A stretch of 64,000 nucleotides of DNA from Clostridiales bacterium (GCA_012519315.1 JAAYQM010000001.1:10730-74729), one strand, 5' to 3'. Shown: positions 20,593-30,957, counted from the first letter of the stretch. The notes: generated from the sequence alone by a model not told the origin. Program-made: numbers and translations.

Positions 20593-21084
20593 ATGAATCA
20601 AAAACGCAGATTATCACATTTTTTAGGTCCCGTATATGATGAAAAATCGAGGGTATTAATTCTAGGGACCTTTCCTTCTGATAAATCGAGGGACTCCGGC
20701 TTTTTTTACGGACATCCTCAAAATCGATTTTGGCGGGTTTTGGCGGCAATTTTTGAATGTGAGCTGCCCAGGACAATAGAACAAAAACGTTCCTTGTTGC
20801 TGAATAACGGGGTCGCTCTTTGGGATGTTATCGAGAGCTGCGAGATTGTCGGGTCGAGCGACAGCAGCATTCGCAATGTTATCCCCGCTGATGTAGGTTT
20901 TGTTTTAAGAAACAGTCCGATCGAAGATTTGTATGCAAACGGAAAAATGGCAGAAAAGCTTTATAAAAAGCATTTGGAAGGGAAAATCGGCAAGAAAATA
21001 ACCGCATTGCCCTCAACCAGTCCGGCAAATGCGGTCTATTCTCTTGAAAGATTGATCGACACCTGGTCGATAATAAGGGGCTAA
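20593..21084 (+). CDS. Uracil-DNA-glycosylase-superfamily protein, probably DNA-deoxyinosine (hypoxanthine) glycosylase, family 6
   Basis: Has LILGTFPS..S...GFFYGHPQNRFW and PSTSPAN near the C-terminus. Confidence 0.65.
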   Translation: MNQKRRLSHFLGPVYDEKSRVLILGTFPSDKSRDSGFFYGHPQNRFWRVLAAIFECELPRTIEQKRSLLLNNGVALWDVIESCEIVGSSDSSIRNVIPADVGFVLRNSPIEDLYANGKMAEKLYKKHLEGKIGKKITALPSTSPANAVYSLERLIDTWSIIRG

Positions 21085-21215
21085 AGCCCGTTCTATATAT
21101 GTGGGAAGGTTTGAGACACAGGCTATAGGTAGATTTCTTGCATATAAGCTTGAATGAGTGTTTTGCAAAAAACACTTTTGCTGTCGGCCTCCGATGATAT
21201 CATTTGCGGCAGGCA

Positions 21216-22193
21216 TTAAGCCCGCTCATACTGCTGATAGAGGGAAGAGGCGCCGATGATGCCTGCATCGTTGCCAAGCTTTGCTATTTTAATCTGAGTT
21301 TTTATTGGCTGTAGGCGGGTGTACTGCTCTTTGTTTATGATGGGGATCAGCGGTTCTATCAGATGTTCGCGCTCATTGCTGATACCGCCGCCGATGCACA
21401 ATACCTCCGGCTGGAAGATATTGATGATGTTTGTAAGACCGCACGCCAGATAGCCAGTGTATTTTTCGACAACTTCCGCCGCTGCTTTGTCCCCCTGTCT
21501 TAAGGCGTCAAAGGATGTTCTTCCGGTTATTCTCCCGTTATTCTCCTTGACAAGCTTAGACATGATGGTTTTGCGCCCGTTTTTCTCGCATTCCTCGATT
21601 TTTTCACGGGTCATGCGGATCAATGCGGTTGCCGAGCTGTAGGATTCCCAGCAGCCCTTTCTTGTGCAGGAGCAGGGATAACCATCATACTCAATGACAA
21701 TGTGGCCAAGCTCTCCGGCTGCATGATTAAAGCCGGAAAAAATGGAGTTGTTGACAATGATCCCGCCGCCGACTCCGGTACCGAGGGTGATCATTACCGA
21801 GTTTTTGCTGCCCTTTGCAGCGCCGGCGATTGCCTCGCCATATGCGGCGGCATTGGCATCATTTTCTATATATATGTTTTTTAGGGGAACAAAACTCTGA
21901 AGTATCTTCGCTATCGGAAAATTGATGAAGGGGAGATTGTTGGCATATTCAACCGTTCCGGTTGCCGGATTGGCAGTTCCCGGAGTTGCAATACCGGTGT
22001 GGGAGATATCATCTGCCGTCAGCCCCGCCTTATTTAGCAAGTCTTGGATCAGCTGTGCCATGCTGGCGATGATATCCTCCGGAGCGCGGTCGGCGCCTGT
22101 GGGAACACTGCCTTTAAAAAGAATTTTATAATGGTCGTCAACGATACCGGCGGCAATATTTGTACCGCCGAGGTCAATTCCTAAATTATACAT
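21216..22193 (-). CDS. glcK: ROK-family glucokinase
   Basis: Has GIDLGGTN. ROK signature GAAKG..N...ITLGTGVGGGII. Zn-binding site GHI....G..C.C...GCWE. The start is at the MYNLGID methionine (RBS aggaagg). Confidence 0.85.
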   Translation of the reverse strand: MYNLGIDLGGTNIAAGIVDDHYKILFKGSVPTGADRAPEDIIASMAQLIQDLLNKAGLTADDISHTGIATPGTANPATGTVEYANNLPFINFPIAKILQSFVPLKNIYIENDANAAAYGEAIAGAAKGSKNSVMITLGTGVGGGIIVNNSIFSGFNHAAGELGHIVIEYDGYPCSCTRKGCWESYSSATALIRMTREKIEECEKNGRKTIMSKLVKENNGRITGRTSFDALRQGDKAAAEVVEKYTGYLACGLTNIINIFQPEVLCIGGGISNEREHLIEPLIPIINKEQYTRLQPIKTQIKIAKLGNDAGIIGASSLYQQYERA

Positions 22194-22502
22194 TTTGTTA
22201 CCTTCCTGTTGAATTGTTTTTATATACAAATATCTTTATATGACATTATAATATAAATAGTATTGCGATGTCAATTTAAACATAAAAGTTTCTCTTCGGG
22301 GGCATTCATGGAAAATTAACATTTTTCGATAGGGCTAAACTTGCAATTGGGATGAAAAAGGTATAAAATAAAGGATACATCTGATTATATAATTATTGTA
22401 TTAACGATTGTATCATAAAAAAATTTACTCATGAGATTATTATATCATGAAACTATCTACATGAAAGGTGATTTATCATATAACGATAAATAACGGAGAA
22501 AT

Positions 22503-23669
22503 ATGAGAGAAGTATATGTCGATAATGCAGCTACTACCGCTGTTTTGCCGGAAGTTATCGATGCCATGATGCCCTATTGGATTGAAAAATGGGGAAATCC
22601 CTCAAGCCTTCATTCCAAAGGGCAGGAGGTAGTGCCGGCCCTTGATAATGCCAGACAGTCAATTGCCGATCTTCTCGGCTGTTCCCGGCATGAGATTTTT
22701 TTTACCTCAGGGGGGAGCGAATCGGACAATTGGGCGATCAAGGGTGTTATGCGACGTTCTGGCGGGAAAAAACATTTGATCACCACTCAAATAGAGCATC
22801 ATGCGGTTTTGCACACCTGTAAGGCTCTTGAAAAAGAGGGCTATAAGGTTACCTATATCGGGGTTGACGAGAGGGGAATTGTAAAGCTTTCCGAACTTGA
22901 GGCCGCTATTGATGATGATACAGCCCTTGTGGCAGTGATGATGGCTAATAATGAAATCGGAACAATACAGCCTATTAAGGAAATCGTAAGGATCGCTCAT
23001 TCAAAAGGGGTGTTGGTATTTACCGATGCTGTTCAGGCGGTGGGTGCCATTCCGGTTAATGTACAGGATTTGGGGGTTGACCTGCTCGCGCTTTCCGGGC
23101 ATAAATTCCATGCGCCGAAGGGAATTGGCGCCCTTTATGTCCGCAAAGGGGTGCGGCTGCAAAGTCTTATTGATGGAGGCGGGCAGGAGCGCGGACGCCG
23201 TGGCGGAACGGAAAACGTTGCAATGGCTGTCGCTCTTGCGAAAGCGCTTGAGATTGCGGTGGCGAAATTGCCGGAGAACGATCGGATTGTCGCCATGAGA
23301 GACAGGCTGATTGACGGTCTGATGAAAATTCCACATACGATTCTGAATGGTGACCGAAGTCAGCGCTTGCCCGGAAATGTAAATGTCGCTTTCGAATTTA
23401 TTGAAGGGGAAAGCCTGATTTTGCTCTTAGACAGAGCCGGCATTTATGCCTCAACAGGCTCTGCCTGTTCGACAGCCTCCCTTGATCCTTCGCATGTGCT
23501 GCTTGCTCTGGGACTTCCTCACGAGAAGGCACACGGCTCGTTACGTTTATCCTTGTCTCATGAGAATACCGAAGAGGATATAGATTATATTCTTGAGACA
23601 GTGCCCGGTATTGTAAAGCGGCTCAGAGACATGAGCCCGCTTTATAACAGCCGAGGAAACAGTAAATAG
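22503..23669 (+). CDS. nifS: Cysteine desulfurase NifS
   Basis: PLP lysine context SGHKFHAPKG. Active-site loop SSGSACS-like (STGSACSTAS). Confidence 0.9.
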   Translation: MREVYVDNAATTAVLPEVIDAMMPYWIEKWGNPSSLHSKGQEVVPALDNARQSIADLLGCSRHEIFFTSGGSESDNWAIKGVMRRSGGKKHLITTQIEHHAVLHTCKALEKEGYKVTYIGVDERGIVKLSELEAAIDDDTALVAVMMANNEIGTIQPIKEIVRIAHSKGVLVFTDAVQAVGAIPVNVQDLGVDLLALSGHKFHAPKGIGALYVRKGVRLQSLIDGGGQERGRRGGTENVAMAVALAKALEIAVAKLPENDRIVAMRDRLIDGLMKIPHTILNGDRSQRLPGNVNVAFEFIEGESLILLLDRAGIYASTGSACSTASLDPSHVLLALGLPHEKAHGSLRLSLSHENTEEDIDYILETVPGIVKRLRDMSPLYNSRGNSK

Positions 23670-23694
23670 GTTTTTATAAATTAGGAGAATTAAG

Positions 23695-24159
23695 ATGAAA
23701 TATAGTGAAAAGGTAATGGATCACTTTTTGAATCCGAGGAATGTTGGTGAGCTTGAGGACGCCGATGGCATCGGAACTGTGGGAAATGCCAAATGCGGCG
23801 ATATTATGCAGATATTTATAAAGGTTAAGGATGATGTTATTACCGATGTTACCTTTAAAACATTCGGCTGCGGCGCCGCTATTGCGACATCGTCGATTGC
23901 TACCGAAATGATAAAAGGAAAGACCGTTGAGGAGGCGCTTAAGCTGACAAACAAATCGGTGGTTGAAGCGTTGGAGGGACTTCCCCCCGCTAAGATACAT
24001 TGTTCGGTATTGGTTGAAGAGGCGGTAAAATGCGCCATTTCCGACTATTATAAGCGTCGGGGAATCGAGACCGATATTCTCAAGGACGGCAGCAGCTGCG
24101 ATAATTGTGCGTGTCCTCATTCACATACCCATACACATAAGACGACAACCGGTGAGTAA
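23695..24159 (+). CDS. nifU: Fe-S cluster scaffold NifU/IscU-like, with a His/Cys-rich tail
   Basis: Has GNAKCGD, FKTFGCGAAIA and HCSVL. Tail: CDNCACPHSHTHTHK. Confidence 0.9.
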   Translation: MKYSEKVMDHFLNPRNVGELEDADGIGTVGNAKCGDIMQIFIKVKDDVITDVTFKTFGCGAAIATSSIATEMIKGKTVEEALKLTNKSVVEALEGLPPAKIHCSVLVEEAVKCAISDYYKRRGIETDILKDGSSCDNCACPHSHTHTHKTTTGE

Positions 24160-24164
24160 AGACT

Positions 24165-25223
24165 GTGGAAAAGCGTGTTTTACTCGGCATGAGCGGCGGG
24201 CTTGACAGCAGCTATTCGGCGATGGTTCTTGCCGAAGATGGTTACACTGTAGAGGGTGCCGTTCTTAAAATGCATGATGATACCGATGTGGCGGCAGCGC
24301 AGGAAGTGGCCGATTCTCTTGGGATCTCTCTTAGGGTGATTGATTGCCGGGAGCGATTTGAGAATTGCGTTGTCAACAATTTTATAGAGGAATATGCGAA
24401 AGGGCGAACGCCAAATCCCTGCGTTCGGTGCAACAGCGAGGTAAAGTTTGATCTTTTGTGCCGGACTGCCGATGAGGCGGGGATTCCCTATGTGGCAACA
24501 GGACATTATGCCCGGCTTGCCTATATTAAAGAAACCGGACGATATTGCATTGAGCGGGCAGCAGATTTGCGCAAGGATCAGAGCTATGTACTCTGGCGTC
24601 TTGAGCAGCAACAGCTTGCGCGTCTTATATTCCCCCTTGGTACTCAAACAAAAGAGGCAGTCCGTATTGTAGCCCGGGAACGTCGGCTGTCGTCGGCTGA
24701 CAGACCTGAGAGTCAGGAGATTTGCTTTATCCCGGACGGTGATTATGTTCAATTTATTGAGCAGAAAAAGGGTCCTTTCACACCGGGGGATTTTATTGAT
24801 ATTAACGGAAAGCGTGTCGGACAGCATAAAGGCATCATCCGCTATACCATAGGTCAGAGGAAAGGGCTTGGTCTTTCTATGGGAGAGCCGGTTTTTGTCG
24901 GTAAAATTGACCCGATAGAAAATACGGTGACCGTTGTGCCCTCCGAATTTACCTATTCTAACCGGCTTTTTGTCGAAGAGCTTAATTTTTCAGGAATGCA
25001 TCCGATGCAAAAGGGGAAAAAACAACTATATGTCAAGCTTCGCTATCTCGCGCCCCTTGTTTTAGCCGATGTTACTTTTTGTTCCGGGGGAGCGTATGTT
25101 TTTCTTCATATGCCGGCTCGGGCGGTGACCCCGGGGCAATCTGCCGTTTTTTATGAGGATAATAGAATTGCATTTGGGGGCATCATTTCCGGAAATCGAT
25201 CCATTCCTGATGAAAATCCTTGA
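24165..25223 (+). CDS. mnmA: tRNA 2-thiouridine(34) synthase MnmA
   Basis: PP-loop GMSGGLDSS, NPCVRCN, and DQSY..W. GTG start 5 nt after the nifU stop. Confidence 0.9.
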   Translation: MEKRVLLGMSGGLDSSYSAMVLAEDGYTVEGAVLKMHDDTDVAAAQEVADSLGISLRVIDCRERFENCVVNNFIEEYAKGRTPNPCVRCNSEVKFDLLCRTADEAGIPYVATGHYARLAYIKETGRYCIERAADLRKDQSYVLWRLEQQQLARLIFPLGTQTKEAVRIVARERRLSSADRPESQEICFIPDGDYVQFIEQKKGPFTPGDFIDINGKRVGQHKGIIRYTIGQRKGLGLSMGEPVFVGKIDPIENTVTVVPSEFTYSNRLFVEELNFSGMHPMQKGKKQLYVKLRYLAPLVLADVTFCSGGAYVFLHMPARAVTPGQSAVFYEDNRIAFGGIISGNRSIPDENP

Positions 25224-25224
25224 A

Positions 25225-25279
25225 AATCAATCCTTGATAAAATCAATTCTTGATTTTGAAACCAAGGATTGATTTTTTG
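25225..25279 (+). terminator. Intrinsic terminator of mnmA (nested long hairpin plus U-tract)
   Basis: Outer arms aatcaatccttg / caaggattgatt. Inner arms aaaatcaa / ttgatttt. Followed by a T-run. Confidence 0.7.
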
Positions 25280-25668
25280 ATAATCCGGCGGCTATTCCGC
25301 AAGTTTGTGCAATATGCCCAAATGTAGAATTTTTCACAGATTTATTGTGCAAATAGACCAAAGTTAAATGCCAGAATTAGTCTAAATCGCTGTATAGTTC
25401 AAATCCCGAAAAGGTAAATTACAATTACTAATTTTAGCGAAAAAAGCGAACAACGTCAAATAGGCAAATAAATGTTATAAAAATGCTGTATTCGCATACA
25501 ATTTTATATAAAAATAGTAAGCTAAATTTACTCACCCTGTTTTGGCGTGGCTTACCATTTGAAAAAACGGACTTCCGATTGAAATAATATGAGTTTTTAA
25601 TGGCTTATGTCAAGGGGGAAAGGGCGGATTATCAAGCTTGTCAAGGGCTTTGGGGAGAACGACGTCTC

Positions 25669-25697
25669 TTGACAATTGCCAAGGGGTGTGCTATTAT
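25669..25697 (+). promoter_or_regulatory. Sigma-A-type promoter candidate for the 26.1-38.2 kb cluster
   Basis: TTGACA, 17 nt spacer, TATTAT. If this promoter is used, the leader is about 385 nt. Confidence 0.55.
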
Positions 25698-26086
25698 TAT
25701 CATGTGCAAAAATCATACAAAAACGAGCATTTTACATAATTCTCTTGTGCTTTTTTTGTAACATTGCCTATATTCGCCATATTATTGCAATTTCGGTATG
25801 ATATCGCGTGGCGTAAGAATTTTGCTTTTAGCCCGCAGACAGCCCGCCCTTGCCTGTATTGTTTATTAAATGGTTAAGTAGCTTGTGTTTTGCAATGCGA
25901 AGTCGCCTGTATTGATGCGTGCAAGACATGAGCTTTACTCCTGTTTATACGGGAAAAGCGCGGGAACTCTGAGGGAGTATCGTTGAATAGCGCAACACGC
26001 TCTCAACGCTATGGAGCGTTCTCGTTGCCGATTATTATCGGAGCATCGATGTGCTTCGGATATCTTTGTAGGAGGAAAGATTTTTA

Positions 26087-29053
26087 ATGGGAAGAAACAA
26101 ATTTATCAGATTAACAGCTCTGTTGTTGTCTCTGCTAATGGTCGGCGGCTTTTATGCGTTGCCTGCTGCTGCGGCTGAAGATAGCAAGCAAGCATCGTCG
26201 TCAACTCGCACGCTCGAAGAATTAAAGGAATTGCTGAATACCATCTCATATAGCGGGTATTTAGCTAAATATTCTAATGTGCCAAGGGCTACATCGAGCA
26301 TTTTAATCGACGCAGCCGATTACGATGAGGAAAATACGACTGCAGAGGTTGAAGTGCGCAGCAATTATGAGGGGAAGTCGGGCGATTCCCTTTTTATTCC
26401 TGAAAGCGGCACTGTCTCCTGGTCGGTTGATATTCCTGCCGACTCACTTTATAACATAAAAATTGAGTATTATCCGATTGTTGCAAAATCATCGTCAATC
26501 GAAAGAGTCTTCCTTATTAATAATAAGGTTCCTTTCGCTGAGGCGAGATATCTTGTAATGTCTAAGGTATGGACAAACTCATATCTTACCGATGACGAGG
26601 GCAACCCGGCCTACCGCAAGGATCTTGGGGGGAACGATCTTCGTGTGCAAACCAATCAGACTCCTGAGTGGCGCACCTATGTTTTTTCCGATTCCAGCGG
26701 TTATTATAAGGGAGCCTTTGAGTTTTATTTTGAAAAGGGCACTAACATCATTTCTCTGGAAGCTGTCAGAGAGCCTGTTGTTATAAAATCGATTGAGCTT
26801 TATCGCCAGTCGGAGCTTCCTAAATATGAAGATTATCTAAAGGAAATCGAAAAGAAGAACAACACGGCGACCGATGTTGATCCTATTTATATTCCTGCCG
26901 AATTTCCGGTTGCTATTTCGGATGAGTCCATCTATGCATCTAACGACCGTACCTCGGCAATTACTGAGCCTCAGTCGGCAAAGGCCCAGCTGTTTAACGT
27001 TATAGGCGGACAGGGCAACTACAGGACCGTTGGACAGTGGATTCGGTATGAATTCGAAGTTGAGAAGGACGGACTGTATGAGATTGTCGCCCGCTTTAAG
27101 CAAGATAAGCTGGCAGGTATGTTTACCTCCAGGGTTATCAAGATTGATGGTGAAATTCTCTTTGAAGAGGCTTATAATGCCCGCTTTGAGTACTCCAAGG
27201 AATGGCAAGTGAAGGCCCTGGGTGACGGTGAAAACACCTTCCAATTTTATCTGGAAAAGGGGAAGCACACTATCGAGCTTGAGGTTGGGCTCGGAGAACT
27301 TGCCACTATACTCAACCAGGTTGAAAATACTCTTTCGGTTATCAACGATTCTTATCTTGAAATTATGAAATTGACCGGTTCTTCGCCGGATAAATATCGC
27401 GATTATGGTTTCTTCCGCATTATGCCCAATACCATTATTGACCTGCTGGTTGAAGGCCGCAACCTTGATAAGGTTTCGGAATATCTGACCGAGCTGGCAG
27501 GCGAGAAGGGGTCTCATGTTGCGACTCTTGACAAAATTTCTTTTCTGCTTAAAAAGATGGGATCTTCTGAAGATCAAATCGCAAGAAACCTGTCAAATCT
27601 AAAGTCCTATATTGGTACTCTTGGCACCTGGCTCAACAGCTCGAAAACCCAGCCATTGACACTTGACTATCTCCAGATTCAACCGGTGGGCGATCCCCTT
27701 CCTAAGGGCAAGGCCGGCGTATTTGAATCTATTTGGTTTGAGATCCGCTCTTTCTTCAACAGCTTCTGGGTTGACTATAGTGTAATGGGAGCAACCGCTG
27801 AGGTTGACACCGATGATGTCGTTGAGGTATGGATTGCCGAGGGAAGAGACCAGGCGAAGGTTATCAGAAATATGATTGACAGTATGTTTACGCCTCAAAC
27901 TGGCATTGCTGTTAACCTGAAACTGGTTGCCGGAGGAACATTGCTACCCTCTGTTTTGTCCGGACAGGGACCGGATGTTTATATTGGTCTCGGAAGTGCG
28001 GACACCATTAACTACGCAATACGCAGCGCGGTTCAACCGCTGAATGATTTTGACGGCTTTGAGGAAACGACAAAGAACTTTACCGAGGCTGCCATGGTTC
28101 CCCTTACTTTGTATGGAGAAACATACGGTTTGCCTGAGAAGATGGGCTTCCCGATGATGTTCTATCGTCAGGACATTCTTGCAAATCTGGGTATCGAAAT
28201 TCCTAAGACTTGGGAAGATGTTCTCGCTGCCGTTCCGATTCTTCAGGCAAACAATATGATGATCGGTCTTGCGCGTGAGTATGAGATGTTCCTATATCAG
28301 ATGGGCGGAGACCGTTATGCCGATGAGGGTATGAGAATCGGTCTTGAATCCAACATTGCCCTTGAGGCTTTTGATTATTACTGCAGCTTCTACACCATGT
28401 ATTCCTTCCCGGTTACTTATGATGCGGCTAACCGTTTCAGAACCGGTGAGATGCCTATTATCATTTCCGATTATACCAGCATGTATAACCAGTTAACCGT
28501 TTTTGCAACCGAGATTCGCGGACTTTGGGAATTTGTACCTGTTCCGGGTACTCTCAGGGAGGACGGCACTATTAACAACGTTTCGATTGCGGGCGTTTCG
28601 GCTGTCGTTATGCTGAACGGTGCTGATAATCCCGAAAAATCATGGGAGTTTATGAAGTGGTTTACCGGCGCTGAGGCACAGGCAAGATATTCCAACGACC
28701 TCGTTACCACTATCGGGCCTGCCGCAAAGCACAATACGGCGAACAAGTTTGCGCTTGAGGAAATGCCCTGGACTACCAATGAATATAAGAATTTGATGGC
28801 TCAGTTTGACAACCTTGCGGCTATTCCCAACTATCCCGGAAGCTATATTGTAGCGCGCTATGTAAACTTTGCCTTCCTTGCGGCATATAACGATAAAAAG
28901 AACCCTGCAGAAGAATTGTTAAGCTATATTACCATAATAAATAAAGAAATAACCAGAAAACGCAAGGAGTTTAACCTCGAAACCCTTGAGTTGGGCGAAA
29001 CCCTTGCAGAGAAAAGAGCCCGCGAGGCTGCCGGAGCAGATACCGGTAAATAG
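26087..29053 (+). CDS. Giant (988 aa) extracellular solute-binding protein: signal peptide, two CBM6-like beta-sandwich modules, a helical linker, then a family-1 carbohydrate SBP domain
   Basis: Signal peptide LLSLLMVGGFYALPAAAAE, with no lipobox Cys. Module 1: SGTVSWSVDIPADSLYNIKIEYYP. Module 2: VGQWIRYEFEVEKDGLYEIVARFKQ. The last ~400 aa are SBP_bac_1-like (VVEVWIAEGRDQAKV..., GPDVYIG, YGLPEKMGFPMMFYRQD). RBS aggagga. Confidence 0.8.
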   Translation: MGRNKFIRLTALLLSLLMVGGFYALPAAAAEDSKQASSSTRTLEELKELLNTISYSGYLAKYSNVPRATSSILIDAADYDEENTTAEVEVRSNYEGKSGDSLFIPESGTVSWSVDIPADSLYNIKIEYYPIVAKSSSIERVFLINNKVPFAEARYLVMSKVWTNSYLTDDEGNPAYRKDLGGNDLRVQTNQTPEWRTYVFSDSSGYYKGAFEFYFEKGTNIISLEAVREPVVIKSIELYRQSELPKYEDYLKEIEKKNNTATDVDPIYIPAEFPVAISDESIYASNDRTSAITEPQSAKAQLFNVIGGQGNYRTVGQWIRYEFEVEKDGLYEIVARFKQDKLAGMFTSRVIKIDGEILFEEAYNARFEYSKEWQVKALGDGENTFQFYLEKGKHTIELEVGLGELATILNQVENTLSVINDSYLEIMKLTGSSPDKYRDYGFFRIMPNTIIDLLVEGRNLDKVSEYLTELAGEKGSHVATLDKISFLLKKMGSSEDQIARNLSNLKSYIGTLGTWLNSSKTQPLTLDYLQIQPVGDPLPKGKAGVFESIWFEIRSFFNSFWVDYSVMGATAEVDTDDVVEVWIAEGRDQAKVIRNMIDSMFTPQTGIAVNLKLVAGGTLLPSVLSGQGPDVYIGLGSADTINYAIRSAVQPLNDFDGFEETTKNFTEAAMVPLTLYGETYGLPEKMGFPMMFYRQDILANLGIEIPKTWEDVLAAVPILQANNMMIGLAREYEMFLYQMGGDRYADEGMRIGLESNIALEAFDYYCSFYTMYSFPVTYDAANRFRTGEMPIIISDYTSMYNQLTVFATEIRGLWEFVPVPGTLREDGTINNVSIAGVSAVVMLNGADNPEKSWEFMKWFTGAEAQARYSNDLVTTIGPAAKHNTANKFALEEMPWTTNEYKNLMAQFDNLAAIPNYPGSYIVARYVNFAFLAAYNDKKNPAEELLSYITIINKEITRKRKEFNLETLELGETLAEKRAREAAGADTGK

Positions 29054-29119
29054 TAGCTGTTGCTCAGCGGTATGCTGATTCGGCAAAGTTGATAAATACT
29101 TAGTTAAGGAGAGATGTAC

Positions 29120-30067
29120 ATGTCACAGAACACGGCAGTAAAGCGCCCTGTTTCTCGTAAGGATATGACGCGGGCACAGTGGACATGGAAGGAAATGAAG
29201 CGGAATAAGGTCGCCTATCTGATGGTGGCCCCCTTCATGATTCTGTTTACGTTGTTCACGGTATTCCCGGTTGTTCTATCGATTATTTTGAGCTTTACAG
29301 AGTTTAATCTTCTACAGTTTCCGCGACCGGTTTATATGGACAATTATATCCGGTTGTTCCTTGATGACGATATCTTTATATTAGCTATCAAGAACACTTT
29401 TATATTCGCTTCTGTTACAGGACCTGTTTCATACTTTATGTCCCTTATGATCGCGTGGTTTATCAATGAGTTGTCCCCGAAAATAAGGTCGGTTGTTACC
29501 CTGATCTTTTATTCGCCGTCAATATCGGGTTCGGTGTATTTGATTTGGCAGATTCTTTTCAGCAATGACTCTTATGGATTTGCCAACGGAACATTGATGA
29601 CTCTCGGTATTATTGATGCGCCCATCCTTTGGTTTAATGATGCAGACTACGTTATGTGGTTGTGTATTGTTGTTGCTCTATGGACATCTCTTGGTACCGC
29701 ATTCCTTTCGTTTATTGCCGGTCTGCAGACGATTGACCGCAGCCAGTATGAGGCTGCATCGGTTGACGGTATTCGCAACAGATGGCAGGAGCTGTGGTAC
29801 ATTACCCTTCCGAACATGAGACAGCAGTTGATGTTCGGTGCAGTTCTTTCGATTACTCAGTCCTTCGGATTTGGTTCTGTTGTTACTGCACTTGCCGGTT
29901 TTCCATCGGTAGAATATGCTGCTCACACAATTATGCACCATCTTGACGACTATGGCGGGCAAAGATTTGAGGTTGGATATTCGTCGGCGATTGCCGTTGT
30001 ACTCTTTGCCATCATGCTGGGATCAAACCTTCTCGTTAAGAAAATGCTTAAGAAGGTAGGTCAGTAA
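29120..30067 (+). CDS. Carbohydrate ABC transporter permease, MalF/UgpA type (pair 1)
   Basis: Six TM helices. EAA-loop region YEAASVDGIRNRWQELWYITLPNM. RBS aaggagag. Confidence 0.85.
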   Translation: MSQNTAVKRPVSRKDMTRAQWTWKEMKRNKVAYLMVAPFMILFTLFTVFPVVLSIILSFTEFNLLQFPRPVYMDNYIRLFLDDDIFILAIKNTFIFASVTGPVSYFMSLMIAWFINELSPKIRSVVTLIFYSPSISGSVYLIWQILFSNDSYGFANGTLMTLGIIDAPILWFNDADYVMWLCIVVALWTSLGTAFLSFIAGLQTIDRSQYEAASVDGIRNRWQELWYITLPNMRQQLMFGAVLSITQSFGFGSVVTALAGFPSVEYAAHTIMHHLDDYGGQRFEVGYSSAIAVVLFAIMLGSNLLVKKMLKKVGQ

Positions 30068-30071
30068 TGCG

Positions 30072-30944
30072 ATGAAAAAATTAAGAACTCGAAAACACGC
30101 AGTTGTTCTCAACCGCTCTGTAGGTGGGGACATCGGAATTAACTTTTTCCTTATTCTCATGGGAGCCTTCATGTTCCTTCCGATGCTTTATGTTGTGATG
30201 CAGTCACTTAAGCCTTTGGATGAGCTTTGGATGTTCCCGCCGCGTTTTTACGTTATTAATCCGACATTTCAGAATTTTGGTGATTTGTTTACCCTTATGG
30301 GTGAGAACTGGGTTCCGTTCTCGCGGTATGTATTTAACACAGTCTTTATCTCGATTACAGGAACATTCGGCAACCTTCTGTTTTCTTCGATGGCTGCATA
30401 TGCCCTTGCTAAGATTAAATTCCCGGGGCGTAATGTAATGTTCCAAATGATCGTTTTGTCCCTTATGTTCCACTCTACGGTAACCTCGGTTGCAAACTTC
30501 ATTACGATGAGCGCAATTGGTTGGGTTGATACATATTTTGCTATTATAGTTCCTGCGTTTAGCACAACGCTTGGCCTTTACCTTATGAAGCAATTTATGG
30601 AGTCGGCCGTATCTGACGAGGTGCTTGAAAGTGCGCGCTTGGATGGTTCCGGCGAATTTAAGACCTACTGGCTTATTGCAATGCCGATGGTTAAACCCGC
30701 ATGGCTTACCCTTATGATAGAGTCCTTTAAGGGTCTTTGGAACTCCGGGTCGTCCATCTATATTCAGAGTGAGCAGCTCAAGTCATTCAACTATGCTATT
30801 AACCAGATCGTTTCGGGCGGTATTGCCCGTGCGGGTGCCGGTGCGGCGGCAACGGTTGTTATGATGATAGTACCCATTACAGTATTTGTTATCTGCCAGA
30901 GCAATGTTATTGAAACAATGGGCTCCAGTGGAATGAAAGATTAA
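30072..30944 (+). CDS. Carbohydrate ABC transporter permease, MalG/UgpE type (pair 1)
   Basis: EAA loop LESARLDGSGEFKTYWLIAMPMVKP. Six TM helices. Confidence 0.85.
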   Translation: MKKLRTRKHAVVLNRSVGGDIGINFFLILMGAFMFLPMLYVVMQSLKPLDELWMFPPRFYVINPTFQNFGDLFTLMGENWVPFSRYVFNTVFISITGTFGNLLFSSMAAYALAKIKFPGRNVMFQMIVLSLMFHSTVTSVANFITMSAIGWVDTYFAIIVPAFSTTLGLYLMKQFMESAVSDEVLESARLDGSGEFKTYWLIAMPMVKPAWLTLMIESFKGLWNSGSSIYIQSEQLKSFNYAINQIVSGGIARAGAGAAATVVMMIVPITVFVICQSNVIETMGSSGMKD

Positions 30945-30957
30945 GGAGGGAATATAT

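Noticed and set aside
24180-24827. 215-aa minus-strand ORF
   Set aside because: It is antisense to mnmA, which has the PP-loop SGGLDSS.
25600-25761. 53-aa ORF spanning the promoter region of the cluster
   Set aside because: It has no RBS and overlaps the best -35/-10 hexamers. It is most likely non-coding.
26837-27577. 246-aa minus-strand ORF
   Set aside because: It is antisense to the giant SBP gene. It has no start context and no motifs.
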